A DNA stretch of 64,000 nucleotides from an uncultured delta proteobacterium (GTDB lineage Bacteria > Desulfobacterota > Binatia > UBA9968). Below are positions 1 to 11,682 of the stretch, in pieces; position 1 is the first letter of the stretch; each line of letters begins with the position of its first letter. The stretch lies in NCBI GenBank assembly GCA_963737905.1, contig CAVTUQ010000019.1, forward strand, positions 183,584 through 247,583, in the 5' to 3' direction. A model generated the notes under the pieces. The model made no database searches and had not been told where the DNA came from. It saw nothing but the letters and a program-made list of their open reading frames with translations. Both the position numbers and the translations under genes were made by a program.

Positions 1-147
1 TCCGGCCGGGTCGACATCGCCGTCTACGCGGGTCACGTCGTGCTCGTCGGAGTCGTCGACTCCCGTGCAAATGTCCAGAGGTTTATTTCAGACGCAAGCT
101 CGGTTTCTGGTGTCGTGTCCGTGACGTCATACATCCAGACGGTCTAG
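1..147 (+). CDS. BON (OsmY-like) domain protein, 3' fragment truncated by the window edge
   Basis: Frame +1 reads SGRVDIAVYAGHVVLVGVVDSRANVQRFISDASSVSGVVSVTSYIQTV*, matching the BON pattern (V..G.V.L.G.V...A..V.GV..V). Confidence 0.7.
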   Translation, partial: SGRVDIAVYAGHVVLVGVVDSRANVQRFISDASSVSGVVSVTSYIQTV

Positions 148-219
148 GTGATTGTGTCCATTTTTACGGTTTCCGATTTCGACAATCGGAGTTTCGGACT
201 TCGTCTTCCTCTTCCCTCG

Positions 220-239
220 TATTGGACTAAAGTCCAATA
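220..239. promoter_or_regulatory. Palindromic operator, copy 1 (TATTGGACTAAAGTCCAATA)
   Basis: Near-perfect 20 bp palindrome about 85 bp upstream of the OmpA lipoprotein gene; three more copies in the window. Confidence 0.7.
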
Positions 240-325
240 GACAGGGTTTCAATTGTTTACTAGAAAGAACTCTAACGATTCCTCAATCGTGACGAGAAAA
301 TAAGCGAAGGGAGTTCAGAAATATT

Positions 326-1108
326 ATGGTTATGATTTCGAATATCGTTTTAAGAAAAGAGTTTGTGGCCCTGGTTGTAGCTTTGCCGGTGCTACTCCTC
401 CAAGGATGTCTTGCCACGCAGGATTGGGTGAGGGAACAACTAACACCGACTGAAAGTCGGGTCGGTACACTGGAAGGGCAGTTGAAACAGATGTCAACTC
501 AGCTATCCGCCACCGAGAATCGGCTCACCAGCGCGGAGGGTCGCATCAGTCAGGTGGATGCCAAAGTCGATGAGGTCAGCATGAAGGCCGACAAGGCTTT
601 AAATAGCGTGGCTAATCTTCGTTTGGAGCGGAAGCTCTTGCTGGATCTCAAAGATGGCGCGTTTTATCCCTCGAACTCAACGGTGCTAACGGCGGCGGGA
701 AAGCACAACATCGACGTATTTCTGAGCGATATCAAGACTGACTTTGCTGAGAATAGTAATGTCGTGCTTGTGGTTGCCGGTTATACCGACAACACCGGAA
801 CTGCGGAATATAATTACGAGTTGGGGCTTTTGCGAGCCAGGGGGATCATGAAGTATCTGACCCTTGAGAAAAATGTCAATCCGGCGCGGGTAAGCTCGGT
901 ATCTTATGGCGCCACTGCGCCGGTGGGGGACAATAGCACCGCCAAAGGGCGTGAACAGAACCGGCGCGTGGAGATTCGCGTCTACACCGAATCGATCACC
1001 ACCGCTTCTGCCACAACCGCGGCACAACCTGCCGCAGCTCCTACCGCTGCACAAGCTCCAAGAGCTGTGACAGTTCCAAAAACTGCAGCAGCTCCAAAAG
1101 CTCCATAG
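326..1108 (+). CDS. OmpA-family peptidoglycan-binding lipoprotein with N-terminal coiled coil
   Basis: Lipobox LLQGC; C-terminal GYTD..G...YN..LG..RA and NRRVEI OmpA_C motifs; Ala/Pro-rich tail. Confidence 0.9.
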   Translation: MVMISNIVLRKEFVALVVALPVLLLQGCLATQDWVREQLTPTESRVGTLEGQLKQMSTQLSATENRLTSAEGRISQVDAKVDEVSMKADKALNSVANLRLERKLLLDLKDGAFYPSNSTVLTAAGKHNIDVFLSDIKTDFAENSNVVLVVAGYTDNTGTAEYNYELGLLRARGIMKYLTLEKNVNPARVSSVSYGATAPVGDNSTAKGREQNRRVEIRVYTESITTASATTAAQPAAAPTAAQAPRAVTVPKTAAAPKAP

Positions 1109-1294
1109 CGCTGAGCTGCCAGAGTCTTCCCGGTTTGATGAGGTTACAATGAGAGGCTGAAAGTATTCGAAGCTCGAAATCCCAACTGCGAAAGTGTTTG
1201 GAAGGAGCAAACGGGCTTAACCGAGAGCTTTCCTAAAATTTCTGTTTCCTCTGCTGCCTGCTGTGAAGAAGCGGCGAATTTCCCCCCTCGCATC

Positions 1295-1933
1295 TCAACA
1301 TTTTTCGCCGCAGGCTTGCGAGCTATTGCGACCGGAAACCGCTTTTTCCTTCATGTTGCGGAGGAGCTCTTCGTAGGATGACTTGCTGATCACCCGGTTG
1401 AATTGGGAACGGTAGTTGTTCACGACGCTGATGTTCTCGATGACGACGTCGTAGACTTTCCAATCTTTACCTACAAGACGGAGCCGGTAGTTGATCGAGT
1501 AGCTGTCTTCGCCTCTGGTCGTTAGCGTGGTTTGCACTTCGGCGCTGTCTTGTTCTAGGAGCTCGCGGTTATAGGCGACCTTATCACCGCTATAGGATTC
1601 GATGGTCCCAATGTAATTGTCCTGCAACAAGTCGGTAAAGATATTAATAAACTCCTGCTGTTCTGCGGTGGTCCGACGGCGCCACTCGGGACCCAGGGAG
1701 CGCCGTGCCATCTCGGCAAAATCAAAGCGCGCAAAGATGACTCGCCGTAGTTGGTCGCGGCGTTCTTTCTGTTTGCCCTCCGTCTTGAGGGACGAGTCCT
1801 GCAAAATGGCGATAACCTGATCGACCGTGCTGCGAACCTGTTCCGTTGGAACGCCGGCGTTAGCGGCGGTCGCGCGAAAAATCGCCGCAAGACCAATAAT
1901 TATTAAACCCCTCTTGATCACATACTGAACCAA
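1295..1933 (-). CDS. mlaC: MlaC/Ttg2D-family phospholipid-binding protein
   Basis: Signal peptide; FDF.EMARRSLG..W and WKVYDVVIENIS...NYRSQF motifs. Confidence 0.85.
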   Translation of the reverse strand: MVQYVIKRGLIIIGLAAIFRATAANAGVPTEQVRSTVDQVIAILQDSSLKTEGKQKERRDQLRRVIFARFDFAEMARRSLGPEWRRRTTAEQQEFINIFTDLLQDNYIGTIESYSGDKVAYNRELLEQDSAEVQTTLTTRGEDSYSINYRLRLVGKDWKVYDVVIENISVVNNYRSQFNRVISKSSYEELLRNMKEKAVSGRNSSQACGEKC

Positions 1934-2253
1934 TGCTCTTCTCCCCTTACCGCGAGTTTCGTTGTGACGAATCGTAGCACACGAGTCAGAGTTCCGCCAT
2001 CATTCCGCCACCTCTGAGATTAAAAAAATTTAACCCAATGTCTCGAACATTCTTCGTGTCTGCAGGAAGAGTCGGTAACCCAACTACGGTTAACGGTTTA
2101 GTCCGAATGTCTGATGAACAGCCGGGCAAGCTCAGAGATCTCGCCCGGTACATGATTGAATCTCACCCGGATCGATCTTGGCGCGATCGGACCGGTTTCC
2201 GGCACTGCCGTCCTCGGTGAAGTTGCGGGCGGCCTCGTTATGCCGCTTGGCAA

Positions 2254-2676
2254 TTAAACTTTAGGAGCCAGACCAGCGGCTTTGATTCCTTCAATGGCGC
2301 AAACCTCATCCTCATCGGCAGTGCCGCCGCTGACTCCCACCGCACCGATAATTTCGTTTCCATCCATGATTAACACGCCGCCCGCAACCGGAACCACTTT
2401 ACCGCCGGACATGTCCGACAAGGATCCCAAAAAAGCCGGCCGCTCTTTCAAACGCTCGCTCAATTGCCGGCTGGATTCGCCCATCCCAACGGCTCCCCAG
2501 GCTTTGCCGATGGCGATGTTTGGTCGCAAAATGCTGGCGCCGTCTTCGCGCTTCAACGCCTTCACGTGCCCGCCGTCATCCAACACAGCGACGCACATCG
2601 GCCTGAACTTGGCTGCTCGCGCCTTGGCGAGGGCTTTATCGATAATCAACGATGCGCTTTCAAGTGTCAGCTTCAT
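2254..2676 (-). CDS. GlcG/HbpS-family heme-binding protein
   Basis: VAVLDDGG, AIGKAW and GGV.I....IIGAVGVSGG..DED motifs. Confidence 0.9.
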   Translation of the reverse strand: MKLTLESASLIIDKALAKARAAKFRPMCVAVLDDGGHVKALKREDGASILRPNIAIGKAWGAVGMGESSRQLSERLKERPAFLGSLSDMSGGKVVPVAGGVLIMDGNEIIGAVGVSGGTADEDEVCAIEGIKAAGLAPKV

Positions 2677-2997
2677 TTTCTATTCCTCCGATGTTTTTTT
2701 ACTTGAGTCGAAACTTTGAACCTGGAAATCGCCGACGTTAAGCGACTGGGTCATGGATGTCGTGCTTTTCAAAGGCGCATTTCTTTTCCTCGGCTCATCG
2801 TATCGCAGGACCTCGGCCTGTCTGTCAAGCGCGACATGGATTTACCCTGAGGAGTTTGGCGACAATGGCTATCAGTTCTTCCCGTCTCCGCAATCGGCAG
2901 CTACAAAAAGCGGCTGAAGCGCGAGTCATTAATTGTAGTACTGTCTCGCCGGTCCGTTCCTGAACCGTGCGAAAGTGTTGCGCGTGAAGTTATTGGA

Positions 2998-4233
2998 CTA
3001 CCTCTCCAAGGTTTCGTGACCCACGGCTGCGAGAAGAAGGGCGGATAACACAAGGAGCGGCGCGTAGGCAAGAAACGGCACACCCGGGCCGAAACTATCG
3101 GCGAGAAAGCCGCCGAGCAGCGGCGCGCTGACACCTCCCATTTCAGCCATCGTGCGCCGTGCGGCTTGCAGCCGCCCACGGGCGCTTGGCGGCACAACAT
3201 CATAGGTCGACGTGGCCAACGATCCCAGCGAAAGGCCGTTGGCAATGCCGAGAAAAGCAAGCAGCACGGCCAACTGGAGGAAAGTCCCAGAAAAAGGAAT
3301 GAGCAGAAAAGCCAGAGCAGGAATTCCGGTACTGGGAACGGTTGCCCATTTTCTTCCAACCTTGTCGATGACAAAGCCGGCGGGCAGGATCATGGCGAAA
3401 ACAGTGAAGCCGAAAATCGAAAACAAGAAGCCCACTTCTTTAGGCGTCAGGTTGAGCTGCGAACTGGCATAGAGCGGTACGATGCTCTGGGTTGTGACCC
3501 GGTGAACGAAACTGGTGAACGTGGCAAACACCAACACGACATAGGTTGCCCGCAGTTCCGGTTGAATCTGATGAAAAAGATCTCTCAGGCTGCGCAGCCG
3601 GTCGAGTACCGCCGAAAGCCCCCAGCCCTTTATGGAGTCCAGTGTAGAATGAGTTTCATAAGAGGATCGCGAGTTTTGAACCGAAAGTCCAATGAGCACG
3701 GATAGCGCCGCGCATACCGCGTAGGCAACGAATATCGCTCTGAAGCCCAGGTTTTCAGTGAGCACGCCTCCCAACAAGGGACCCAAAGCGAAACCCAAGT
3801 AATTAACGCCATGAAAACCGCTGAGAACTCTGCCGCGCTGGTCCGGCCGGGCGAGATCGATGCCGGCTACCTCGCGGGCGATAACCCAGACACTCTCTGC
3901 GACGCCGATCAAGAAGACCAACACCAGGATCAAGCCGAACCAGGGCATGCCGGCGGCCAATAGCCCCGCAATGCAACCTAATGCCGGCCCCGCTATCAGC
4001 GCGGAGCGCGTGCCCAGGCGATCGAGGACCATGCCGCTCACGGGCAAGCCGGCAAATCGACCGAACGCCAATGCCGTAATGATTTGCGCTGCGGTGCCGG
4101 CGGAAATGCCGAACGATTTTGCCACGACCGGAAGGGCGGGAACAATCATCGACCACATTCCTGCCAGCAGTGTGCTGGTGTAGAGCGTGACGAGCCCACG
4201 GACCGTGGGACTGGACTTTAGTGAAAAGATCAT
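2998..4233 (-). CDS. MFS transporter
   Basis: About 12 hydrophobic segments; G...DRLG.R and G...DKVGRK MFS motif A. Confidence 0.9.
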   Translation of the reverse strand: MIFSLKSSPTVRGLVTLYTSTLLAGMWSMIVPALPVVAKSFGISAGTAAQIITALAFGRFAGLPVSGMVLDRLGTRSALIAGPALGCIAGLLAAGMPWFGLILVLVFLIGVAESVWVIAREVAGIDLARPDQRGRVLSGFHGVNYLGFALGPLLGGVLTENLGFRAIFVAYAVCAALSVLIGLSVQNSRSSYETHSTLDSIKGWGLSAVLDRLRSLRDLFHQIQPELRATYVVLVFATFTSFVHRVTTQSIVPLYASSQLNLTPKEVGFLFSIFGFTVFAMILPAGFVIDKVGRKWATVPSTGIPALAFLLIPFSGTFLQLAVLLAFLGIANGLSLGSLATSTYDVVPPSARGRLQAARRTMAEMGGVSAPLLGGFLADSFGPGVPFLAYAPLLVLSALLLAAVGHETLER

Positions 4234-4325
4234 GCGTGGTTGTGTGTTTGAGAGCGGTCGCGCGTGGTCGGCTCTATATTCGAGGGCGGCTAGGGTAATA
4301 TTTCCCTGAATGCAATCGTGTTGTT

Positions 4326-5717
<1,392 letters not shown>

Positions 5718-5857
5718 GATTTGAAGTATCGAATAAAGCGTGAAGATGTCAACTCTTGTGGCCGACCGAGTCATGTAGATAAAATGCCTCCAGAAGTCAG
5801 GTCCAGGGTCCGCGATTACTGGCAATCCGAAAAGAACGGCATGCACACATCGTTAAA

Positions 5858-6181
5858 ATGACGATTCGGGTTGGAAATTTATTTGCGAATTTGCCGGAGC
5901 TTTCCAGGTCGGAGCAGTTGCTGAGCCTGTTTGAAAACCCCCTCGTCGAGATCCAGCGCATCATTTCGCAATCTCATAGCAGCCCGCCCGGCTTTTGGTA
6001 TGATCAAAACGAAGACGAGTGGGTCATGGTGGTACGCGGGGAAGCGACTCTGGAATTTGAAGGCGGAGAGCTCGTGCCCATGGCAGAGGGAGATTATGTG
6101 ACGATTCCGCGCCATGTAAAGCATCGAATTCAGCAGACTGGTCCTAAAACGATCTGGCTTGCTGTACATGTTCGCGGCTAG
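5858..6181 (+). CDS. Cupin domain protein
   Basis: WYDQ.EDEWV.V..G.A.L and GDYV.IP.HVKHR cupin motifs. Confidence 0.85.
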   Translation: MTIRVGNLFANLPELSRSEQLLSLFENPLVEIQRIISQSHSSPPGFWYDQNEDEWVMVVRGEATLEFEGGELVPMAEGDYVTIPRHVKHRIQQTGPKTIWLAVHVRG

Positions 6182-6204
6182 AGAAAGGCTGGAGGAACCT
6201 GTGG

Positions 6205-6681
6205 ATGACGCGCATTTACAATAGCATCCAAATCCGGCGATCCATCGAGCAGGTTTTCGATTTCATCACGACGCCGGCAAGCTGGCCGCAGTGGCATCCG
6301 GCTTCGGTGAGTGTTGGCGGCAACGCTGACCATTCTTTGCTGCCGGGCGAAGAGGTTATGGAAAACATTTCCGTGGCGGGTCGTGGTGGGAAGGTCACCT
6401 GGTTGGTGCGGGAACGGAGCGCACCTCATCGCTGGATCATCGACGGCACCGGGAAAGACGGCGGCCGCGCAACGATTACCTATACCTTGACTGAACAGTC
6501 GGGTGGGACAAACTTCGAGCGAGAGCTCGTCTACACGATGCCGAACCCGCTGCTGGCGGTCTTGGATTGGTTGATTATCCGTTCGCGCATGAAGGCGGAC
6601 TCCATGGAAGCATTAAAACGTTTGAAGCGTCGACTTGAATCCAGCGTCGTGAATCCAGTCTTTGTACGGCTCGAACCGTGA
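6205..6681 (+). CDS. SRPBCC (polyketide cyclase/START-like) family protein
   Basis: I.RSIEQVFDF.T.P..WPQW N-terminus and C-terminal L..LK..LE helix. Confidence 0.85.
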   Translation: MTRIYNSIQIRRSIEQVFDFITTPASWPQWHPASVSVGGNADHSLLPGEEVMENISVAGRGGKVTWLVRERSAPHRWIIDGTGKDGGRATITYTLTEQSGGTNFERELVYTMPNPLLAVLDWLIIRSRMKADSMEALKRLKRRLESSVVNPVFVRLEP

Positions 6682-6707
6682 CCTGTGATTTGATACCAAC
6701 GGTCATT

Positions 6708-7238
6708 TCACTTTCTTCTTTTTATATACTCCTTAACTTGAAACTCGTAGAGCGCGGAAATCGGGTATTCTTCCAAATTACGAACAGCCTCCTTTGTCTC
6801 GGACAAAATGACGACTTCTTGACCACGATTGGAAGCAAAGAGAAGTTTGATACCGGGCTTGCGGTCTAAAAACTCCCCAACGGCGCGAAGGGTATTGGAG
6901 AGACTATATGGATCAGGCATCGCATTGGGATCATCGCTCGGCTCCTTGCGTTCTTCATCCTGGCGGTCTAACTCTTCCAGGGAATATAAGAACTCCACAT
7001 TCATTGAAATGCCCTCGTTCGGCTTCTCGGCAACGCTCGGATTTTCTGGCTCCCTCCATAGCCGCAGAAACGCTGCGAATCCTCTAACCTTTTTTTCTTC
7101 CTCTTTCTTGCTCTGGCTGTCTTCCTTGACTCGGCACCGGACGAGGTAACAGTTGCCGTAACACACCACTTCGTATGTTTCAGGCCGTAACGGCTCTAGC
7201 TTCTGCCCAACAACCCTAAGGATTCTTGAATAACTCAT
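6708..7238 (-). CDS. Hypothetical protein
   Basis: 176 aa ORF with a GAGG RBS; internal repeat S..LR.VG..L; no recognised family. Confidence 0.6.
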   Translation of the reverse strand: MSYSRILRVVGQKLEPLRPETYEVVCYGNCYLVRCRVKEDSQSKKEEEKKVRGFAAFLRLWREPENPSVAEKPNEGISMNVEFLYSLEELDRQDEERKEPSDDPNAMPDPYSLSNTLRAVGEFLDRKPGIKLLFASNRGQEVVILSETKEAVRNLEEYPISALYEFQVKEYIKRRK

Positions 7239-7667
7239 TGCCTCTGATCAGATAGCTCGTTTACAATGAAGATGCGATTTTCCCTAGACCCGCGTCCGTG
7301 CCACCTCTTCTTTGATTCCGGTTTTTTCAAGAGACTGGCCGCTTCCCGGCCAATAGCGTTATTGTCCCCCCATGGGGTTAGAGCTGTCAACCCGAGATTC
7401 GGGTATCGAGATTCCAGTCGGCACAAATCAGTTGAGGAAGGTGATCTAAGGGCTTTCTTGTTGCGCATCCGTGTGGGAAAATCTAATTATCAAGGAAAAC
7501 AAGCCTAAACATCTGCACCGCCGGGCGACCTTAGCAATTCGAGCCACCTCGAACACAGCGGTGTCCAGACCGGCCCGGCGACGATAGGCAATCGCGTTCC
7601 TCGTTTCGAGCAATGTAAAGCTCGCGTAAAGTTCTCAATTCGAGTCGATCAGAAAAGAGGATCCATC

Positions 7668-8567
7668 ATGCCTTTTTCAGAAATTGTCAAGGCAATCCAA
7701 TACGGAATGCATTTCAGGCTTTTTGAGATCAACAGAACCGCGATCACGTTGTCTTCGCTCATCATGTTTTTCGCGGTGATCTTTGTATTTGCTTTGATCT
7801 CGAAATTGTTGCGCCGGATCGCGGCATCACGGATATTTGCCCATCTGATTGTTGATGAAGCTACGCAGTACACGCTAAACCGCATTAGCCACTATGTCAT
7901 CATGATCATCGGCGCTCTCGTTGCCTTTCAGTTCATCGGCATCGACTTGACCGGGCTCGCGGTGATTCTGGGCTTTCTCTCCGTCGGCATCGGTTTCGGT
8001 CTGCAAAATATCACATCCAATTTCGTGGCCGGCTTGATTCTGCTTTTCGAACGACCCATCAAGGTAGGAGACCGCGTCACCGTCGGCGATCAAGAGGGTG
8101 ATGTGATAGAAATCAAGATGCGGTCGACGACCATCCGAACCTTGAATAACATCGCGGTCATTGTTCCAAACTCCAATTTCATTTCGTCTACGGTTGTTAA
8201 TTGGTCCTATGGCGACCGCCGGGTCCGGCTCGAAATCGAAGTCGGAGTATCTTACGGTTCCGACCTGGAGAAGGTTCTGCGGGTCTTGAAGGAGGTTGGC
8301 GATGAGCACCCCGAGGTTCTTAAGAATCCACTATCCGAAGTCCTTCACGCCGGATTCGGGAATTCTGCGTGGAATATGAAACTGCGCGCTTGGATTGCTG
8401 AACCGCAACGACATCCGCAAATCAGCTCGGAACTCCACTGTGCGATTGTAAGAAAGTTTCGCGAGAACGGCATTGAAATCCCCTTTCCACAGAGAGACTT
8501 GAACTTGCGTTCCCCTTTGCCTGTACCCTTTATGTCAACTATGTCAACGGCTTCGGCCGAGTCATGA
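7668..8567 (+). CDS. Small-conductance mechanosensitive channel (MscS family)
   Basis: GIGFGLQ...NFVAG..LLFERPIKVGD, IVPNS and IEIPFPQRDL motifs. Confidence 0.93.
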   Translation: MPFSEIVKAIQYGMHFRLFEINRTAITLSSLIMFFAVIFVFALISKLLRRIAASRIFAHLIVDEATQYTLNRISHYVIMIIGALVAFQFIGIDLTGLAVILGFLSVGIGFGLQNITSNFVAGLILLFERPIKVGDRVTVGDQEGDVIEIKMRSTTIRTLNNIAVIVPNSNFISSTVVNWSYGDRRVRLEIEVGVSYGSDLEKVLRVLKEVGDEHPEVLKNPLSEVLHAGFGNSAWNMKLRAWIAEPQRHPQISSELHCAIVRKFRENGIEIPFPQRDLNLRSPLPVPFMSTMSTASAES

Positions 8568-8714
8568 GCGCTCAACCGTCTCTGATCTGCGAGAAAGAGG
8601 ACTGAAAAAAGCACCAACTATATAGTATAGTAATTGCGAGTCTTTATCGGCGGCAAAGATTATTATGAATAGAACCAGTCCGCGTTTAAAGCGAATGAGC
8701 GAGGGAGGCTCACG

Positions 8715-9278
8715 ATGACGAGACGTGCCCTGTTGCAGAGTGTGTTTGCATCCGCGATTTGGACCTTATTCAAGGATCTCGCTTTTGCGGCCCAGCCGCC
8801 ATCAATGAAGGACATCGAGAATTTGCAGAAAAACTGGAAGGCGCTATTGGCTGACGGGACCAAGTTGCCGTCGCCTTCCGATCCGCTCAAGCTGTCGAAA
8901 GAAGAATGGCGCAAGCGTCTGAACCCAACGCAATTCAATATCCTGCGCGAGGAAGGTACCGAGCCCCCCGGCACGAGCCCTCTGAACAACGAAAAGCGGC
9001 CCGGCGTATTCGTTTGCGTCGGCTGCAACCTGGCCCTTTTTACCTCCGATATGAAATACGAGAGCGGCACCGGCTGGCCGAGCTTCTTCACCACGATTCC
9101 GGGCGCCTTCGCCAACAAAACGGATTACAAACTGATTCTGCCGCGGAGCGAATACCACTGCATCCGTTGCGGCGGCCACCACGGCCATGTCTTCGACGAC
9201 GGCCCGCCGCCGACGGGGAAGCGCTGGTGCAACAACGGCGTGGCTTTAAAATTTATCCCCAAAAGCGGCAGCGCATAA
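8715..9278 (+). CDS. msrB: Peptide-methionine (R)-S-oxide reductase with a Tat-like leader
   Basis: GTE.P, two CxxC zinc motifs, SGTGWPSF, HHGHVFDDGP, RWCNNG; leader MTRRALL. Confidence 0.95.
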   Translation: MTRRALLQSVFASAIWTLFKDLAFAAQPPSMKDIENLQKNWKALLADGTKLPSPSDPLKLSKEEWRKRLNPTQFNILREEGTEPPGTSPLNNEKRPGVFVCVGCNLALFTSDMKYESGTGWPSFFTTIPGAFANKTDYKLILPRSEYHCIRCGGHHGHVFDDGPPPTGKRWCNNGVALKFIPKSGSA

Positions 9279-9285
9279 CCAGTAA

Positions 9286-9317
9286 GGATTGAGACGACTT
9301 CCGAGTCGTTTCAATCC
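9286..9317 (+). terminator. Hairpin after msrB (GGATTGAGACGACT-TCCG-AGTCGTTTCAATCC), 3 nt from the mobile element end
   Basis: 14 bp stem with one G-T pair; no U-tract, because GAT-GTTCAAG follows. Confidence 0.45.
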
Positions 9318-9614
9318 GATGTTCAAGAAGCCCGTGGTTGAGGCAGGCGGGATCAATATAAGGGAAATGGTTGTGGTGGGCGGTTTGCGCCGAAGGAAGA
9401 GAAGGTTAAATTACACGGTGGACTTCGGCTCGCGGTAGAAATGGGCGCGGTAGAGTTTGCTCGGGTTTAGTTTTTTCTCCTTGAATTCCCACAACAAGAG
9501 AGACTCGGAACGATACCATCGGTAACGTGAGCGCACTTCGGCGCCTGCGCTCTGATTTCAAAGCAATACAGCAGAGACAAACCGCGAGACGATTATCAGG
9601 TTGAGCGAACTTTT

Positions 9615-10706
9615 TTATCCCGAGCGGCGCAGAATTTTGAACGGCGGCAGCACCGAGCGTAGCTTCAGCAACCCGCCACAACTTGGGCAGGCAGTGCGTT
9701 TTGGAGGGTCGATCTCGGGGACCGGCAAATCGACAGCGAAACCGTAACTTAATTCGATCAGGCCACGAATCCGATCGAGCGGGATCTTGCAGTTGGGATT
9801 CATAAAGCCGTAGTAGCGGATTTTCATGAAGCCAGTGGGCAGCACATGCTGCAAGAAGCGGCGGATGAACTCCATAACATCAAGAGCCAAGATTCTGGAG
9901 CGCTGGCTGTGAGGCTTGCGATAGCGAATCAGCACGGTGCGGTCCTGGACGCCAAGGATGCGCGAGTTGGAGATGGCGACTTTGAAGACGTAGGGAGCGA
10001 GGTATTTGAGGCAGGCCTCACTGGAGGAGACCGCTTGGCAGTTGACGTTCCAGGCGATTTGCCAGACATCGTTGGGAATTTGATCGAACAATTTTGCTTG
10101 TTTCATCAGATCGCGGAACTTGGCCCTAAAGATGATCGAGAGCGCTTTGACCGGCAGAAAGAAATCGATTCGGGAAGGATGCCAAGAGCCATCCAATGAA
10201 CGCATAGCGCCACCCGAAACGATGTAGTGGATGTGGGGATGGTACTGAAGAGTTCGTCCCCAGGTGTGCAGCACACCGAAGAAGCCTGGGAGATCGGCAC
10301 CGATGTGTTTGGGATCAGTGGCGAGCTTTTTGATCGCCGCAGAAGAGGACTTGAACAGAGCCGAGTAACCGAGGCGCTGGTGTTGGCGGATGAAGGAACG
10401 CAATTTTTCTGGAACGGTAAACGTGATCAGGAAGTGATGGCCTGGGAGTTGGCGCTGGATCTGGGTTTGGAGCCACTGTTGGGATTTGTTGTACTGGCAG
10501 GTGGGACAGTGGCGATTGCCACAGGAAACGAAGAACTGTTGCGGCTCAGCACAGCCCTCGCACTGATAGAAAGCGATCCCGCAAGCCTCGGTGCGACAAG
10601 CGATGATGGCATCGATGACTTTACGATGGCTGCTGGGCATGGTCGTAGCATAGCGTTGGAGATACTCGGGGCCGAAGGTGGAAAAGATTTCACGAATGGA
10701 GGTCAT
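9615..10706 (-). CDS. IS91-family rolling-circle transposase (Y2 HUH)
   Basis: N-terminal Zn domain CRT..CG...C..C...SCGNRHCPTCQ; HUH motif HPHIH; YLAPY; FIRRFLQHVLP.GF.KIRYYG. Confidence 0.95.
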   Translation of the reverse strand: MTSIREIFSTFGPEYLQRYATTMPSSHRKVIDAIIACRTEACGIAFYQCEGCAEPQQFFVSCGNRHCPTCQYNKSQQWLQTQIQRQLPGHHFLITFTVPEKLRSFIRQHQRLGYSALFKSSSAAIKKLATDPKHIGADLPGFFGVLHTWGRTLQYHPHIHYIVSGGAMRSLDGSWHPSRIDFFLPVKALSIIFRAKFRDLMKQAKLFDQIPNDVWQIAWNVNCQAVSSSEACLKYLAPYVFKVAISNSRILGVQDRTVLIRYRKPHSQRSRILALDVMEFIRRFLQHVLPTGFMKIRYYGFMNPNCKIPLDRIRGLIELSYGFAVDLPVPEIDPPKRTACPSCGGLLKLRSVLPPFKILRRSG

Positions 10707-11577
10707 GATCGAGTCCCTCCATCACGTGATTGATCAACTGACAGGCATCTTCCTGACCCTTCTGGGTCAGGTGGAGATAGAGCATGGTGGTTTCGAGACG
10801 GGAGTGGCCCAGGTAGCGTTGGATGACGCGCAGGTTGACGCCGGCTTCGAGGAGATGGGTGGCGTAGGAGTGGCGCAGGGTGTGGACCGCAACGCCCTTT
10901 TTGTTCACGCCGGCGTCCCGCTTGGCTTGGCGAAAGGCGCTCTGGAGGGTGCTCTTGGCCATGGGTTGGGTAGCCTGATGGGCATCGGTTTTTTTGTGGC
11001 CGCGAGCGGGGAAAACAAGCCGAGGATGGCGATGAGTGAGCCAGTATTGGCGCAGCAGATGGAGTGTGGGCTGGGGCAGAGCGACGTAGCGGTCCTTGGC
11101 GCCCTTGCCGCGGTGGACATGGATCATCATGCGCTTACTGTCGATATCGGAGACTTCGAGGTGGCGGGCTTCGTCAAGGCGCAGGCCGCAGGAGTAGACG
11201 GTGGAGAGAAAGACGTGGTGGGGAGAGTTTTTAACCTGGGCCAGAAGGCTTCGGACTTCTTCGACGCTTAAGACAGCGGGCAGGCGGTGTTCGTTCTGGG
11301 CGCGCAGAATCGACAGGATGTGCCAGTCGCGCGCTAGCACATGGACGTAGAAAAAACGAATACCGCAGTAGCAGATGCGCATCGTCTTGGGCGCCCAGCG
11401 GTTGACGTTTTTGCGATGCAGAAAGTATTCTTGGAGCTCGGGTTCGGAGACGAGATCGGGCGTTTTCTCGTAAAACTCAGAGAGCATCCGTACCGCGCGG
11501 GTATAGGCTTTCTGGGTGGGTTCTCCTTTCCCATTGAGTTGCAGGATGGCGATCATCCGTGGATACCAATCGTTCAT
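10690..11577 (-). CDS. Tyrosine recombinase (phage integrase/XerD-like) associated with IS91
   Basis: GLR..E, GKG.KDR, HTLRHSYATHLLEAG, LGH...TT..Y catalytic residues; lacks the IntI-specific insertion; overlaps the transposase start by 17 bp. Confidence 0.95.
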   Translation of the reverse strand: MNDWYPRMIAILQLNGKGEPTQKAYTRAVRMLSEFYEKTPDLVSEPELQEYFLHRKNVNRWAPKTMRICYCGIRFFYVHVLARDWHILSILRAQNEHRLPAVLSVEEVRSLLAQVKNSPHHVFLSTVYSCGLRLDEARHLEVSDIDSKRMMIHVHRGKGAKDRYVALPQPTLHLLRQYWLTHRHPRLVFPARGHKKTDAHQATQPMAKSTLQSAFRQAKRDAGVNKKGVAVHTLRHSYATHLLEAGVNLRVIQRYLGHSRLETTMLYLHLTQKGQEDACQLINHVMEGLDHDLHS

Positions 11578-11682
11578 AAAGTTCTCCTTCCGAAATAAGA
11601 TAGGAGAGCTTATCGAACAACGATGGTGGTGGGACAGGAACGAATGTCAGGGCGAATTAACTGCCGCGGAGCGGCTTACTTG

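Noticed and set aside
2991-3000. Fifth copy of the ATTGGAC palindrome
   Set aside because: Only a half-site (TATTGGACTA), located at a gene 3' end
7519-7580. tRNA or known riboswitch/ribozyme
   Set aside because: No T-loop/anticodon cloverleaf and none of the conserved cores I could recall; kept only as an unassigned structure
8715-9327. msrB as a bona fide gene cassette
   Set aside because: No complementary GTTATGC core upstream of msrB, and the hairpin spacing is not canonical for attC
10690-11577. Calling the recombinase an integron integrase (intI)
   Set aside because: It lacks the IntI-specific insertion (..LP.AL.RKYP..W.WQ..) between the GKG.KDR patch and box II, and it is coupled to an IS91 transposase
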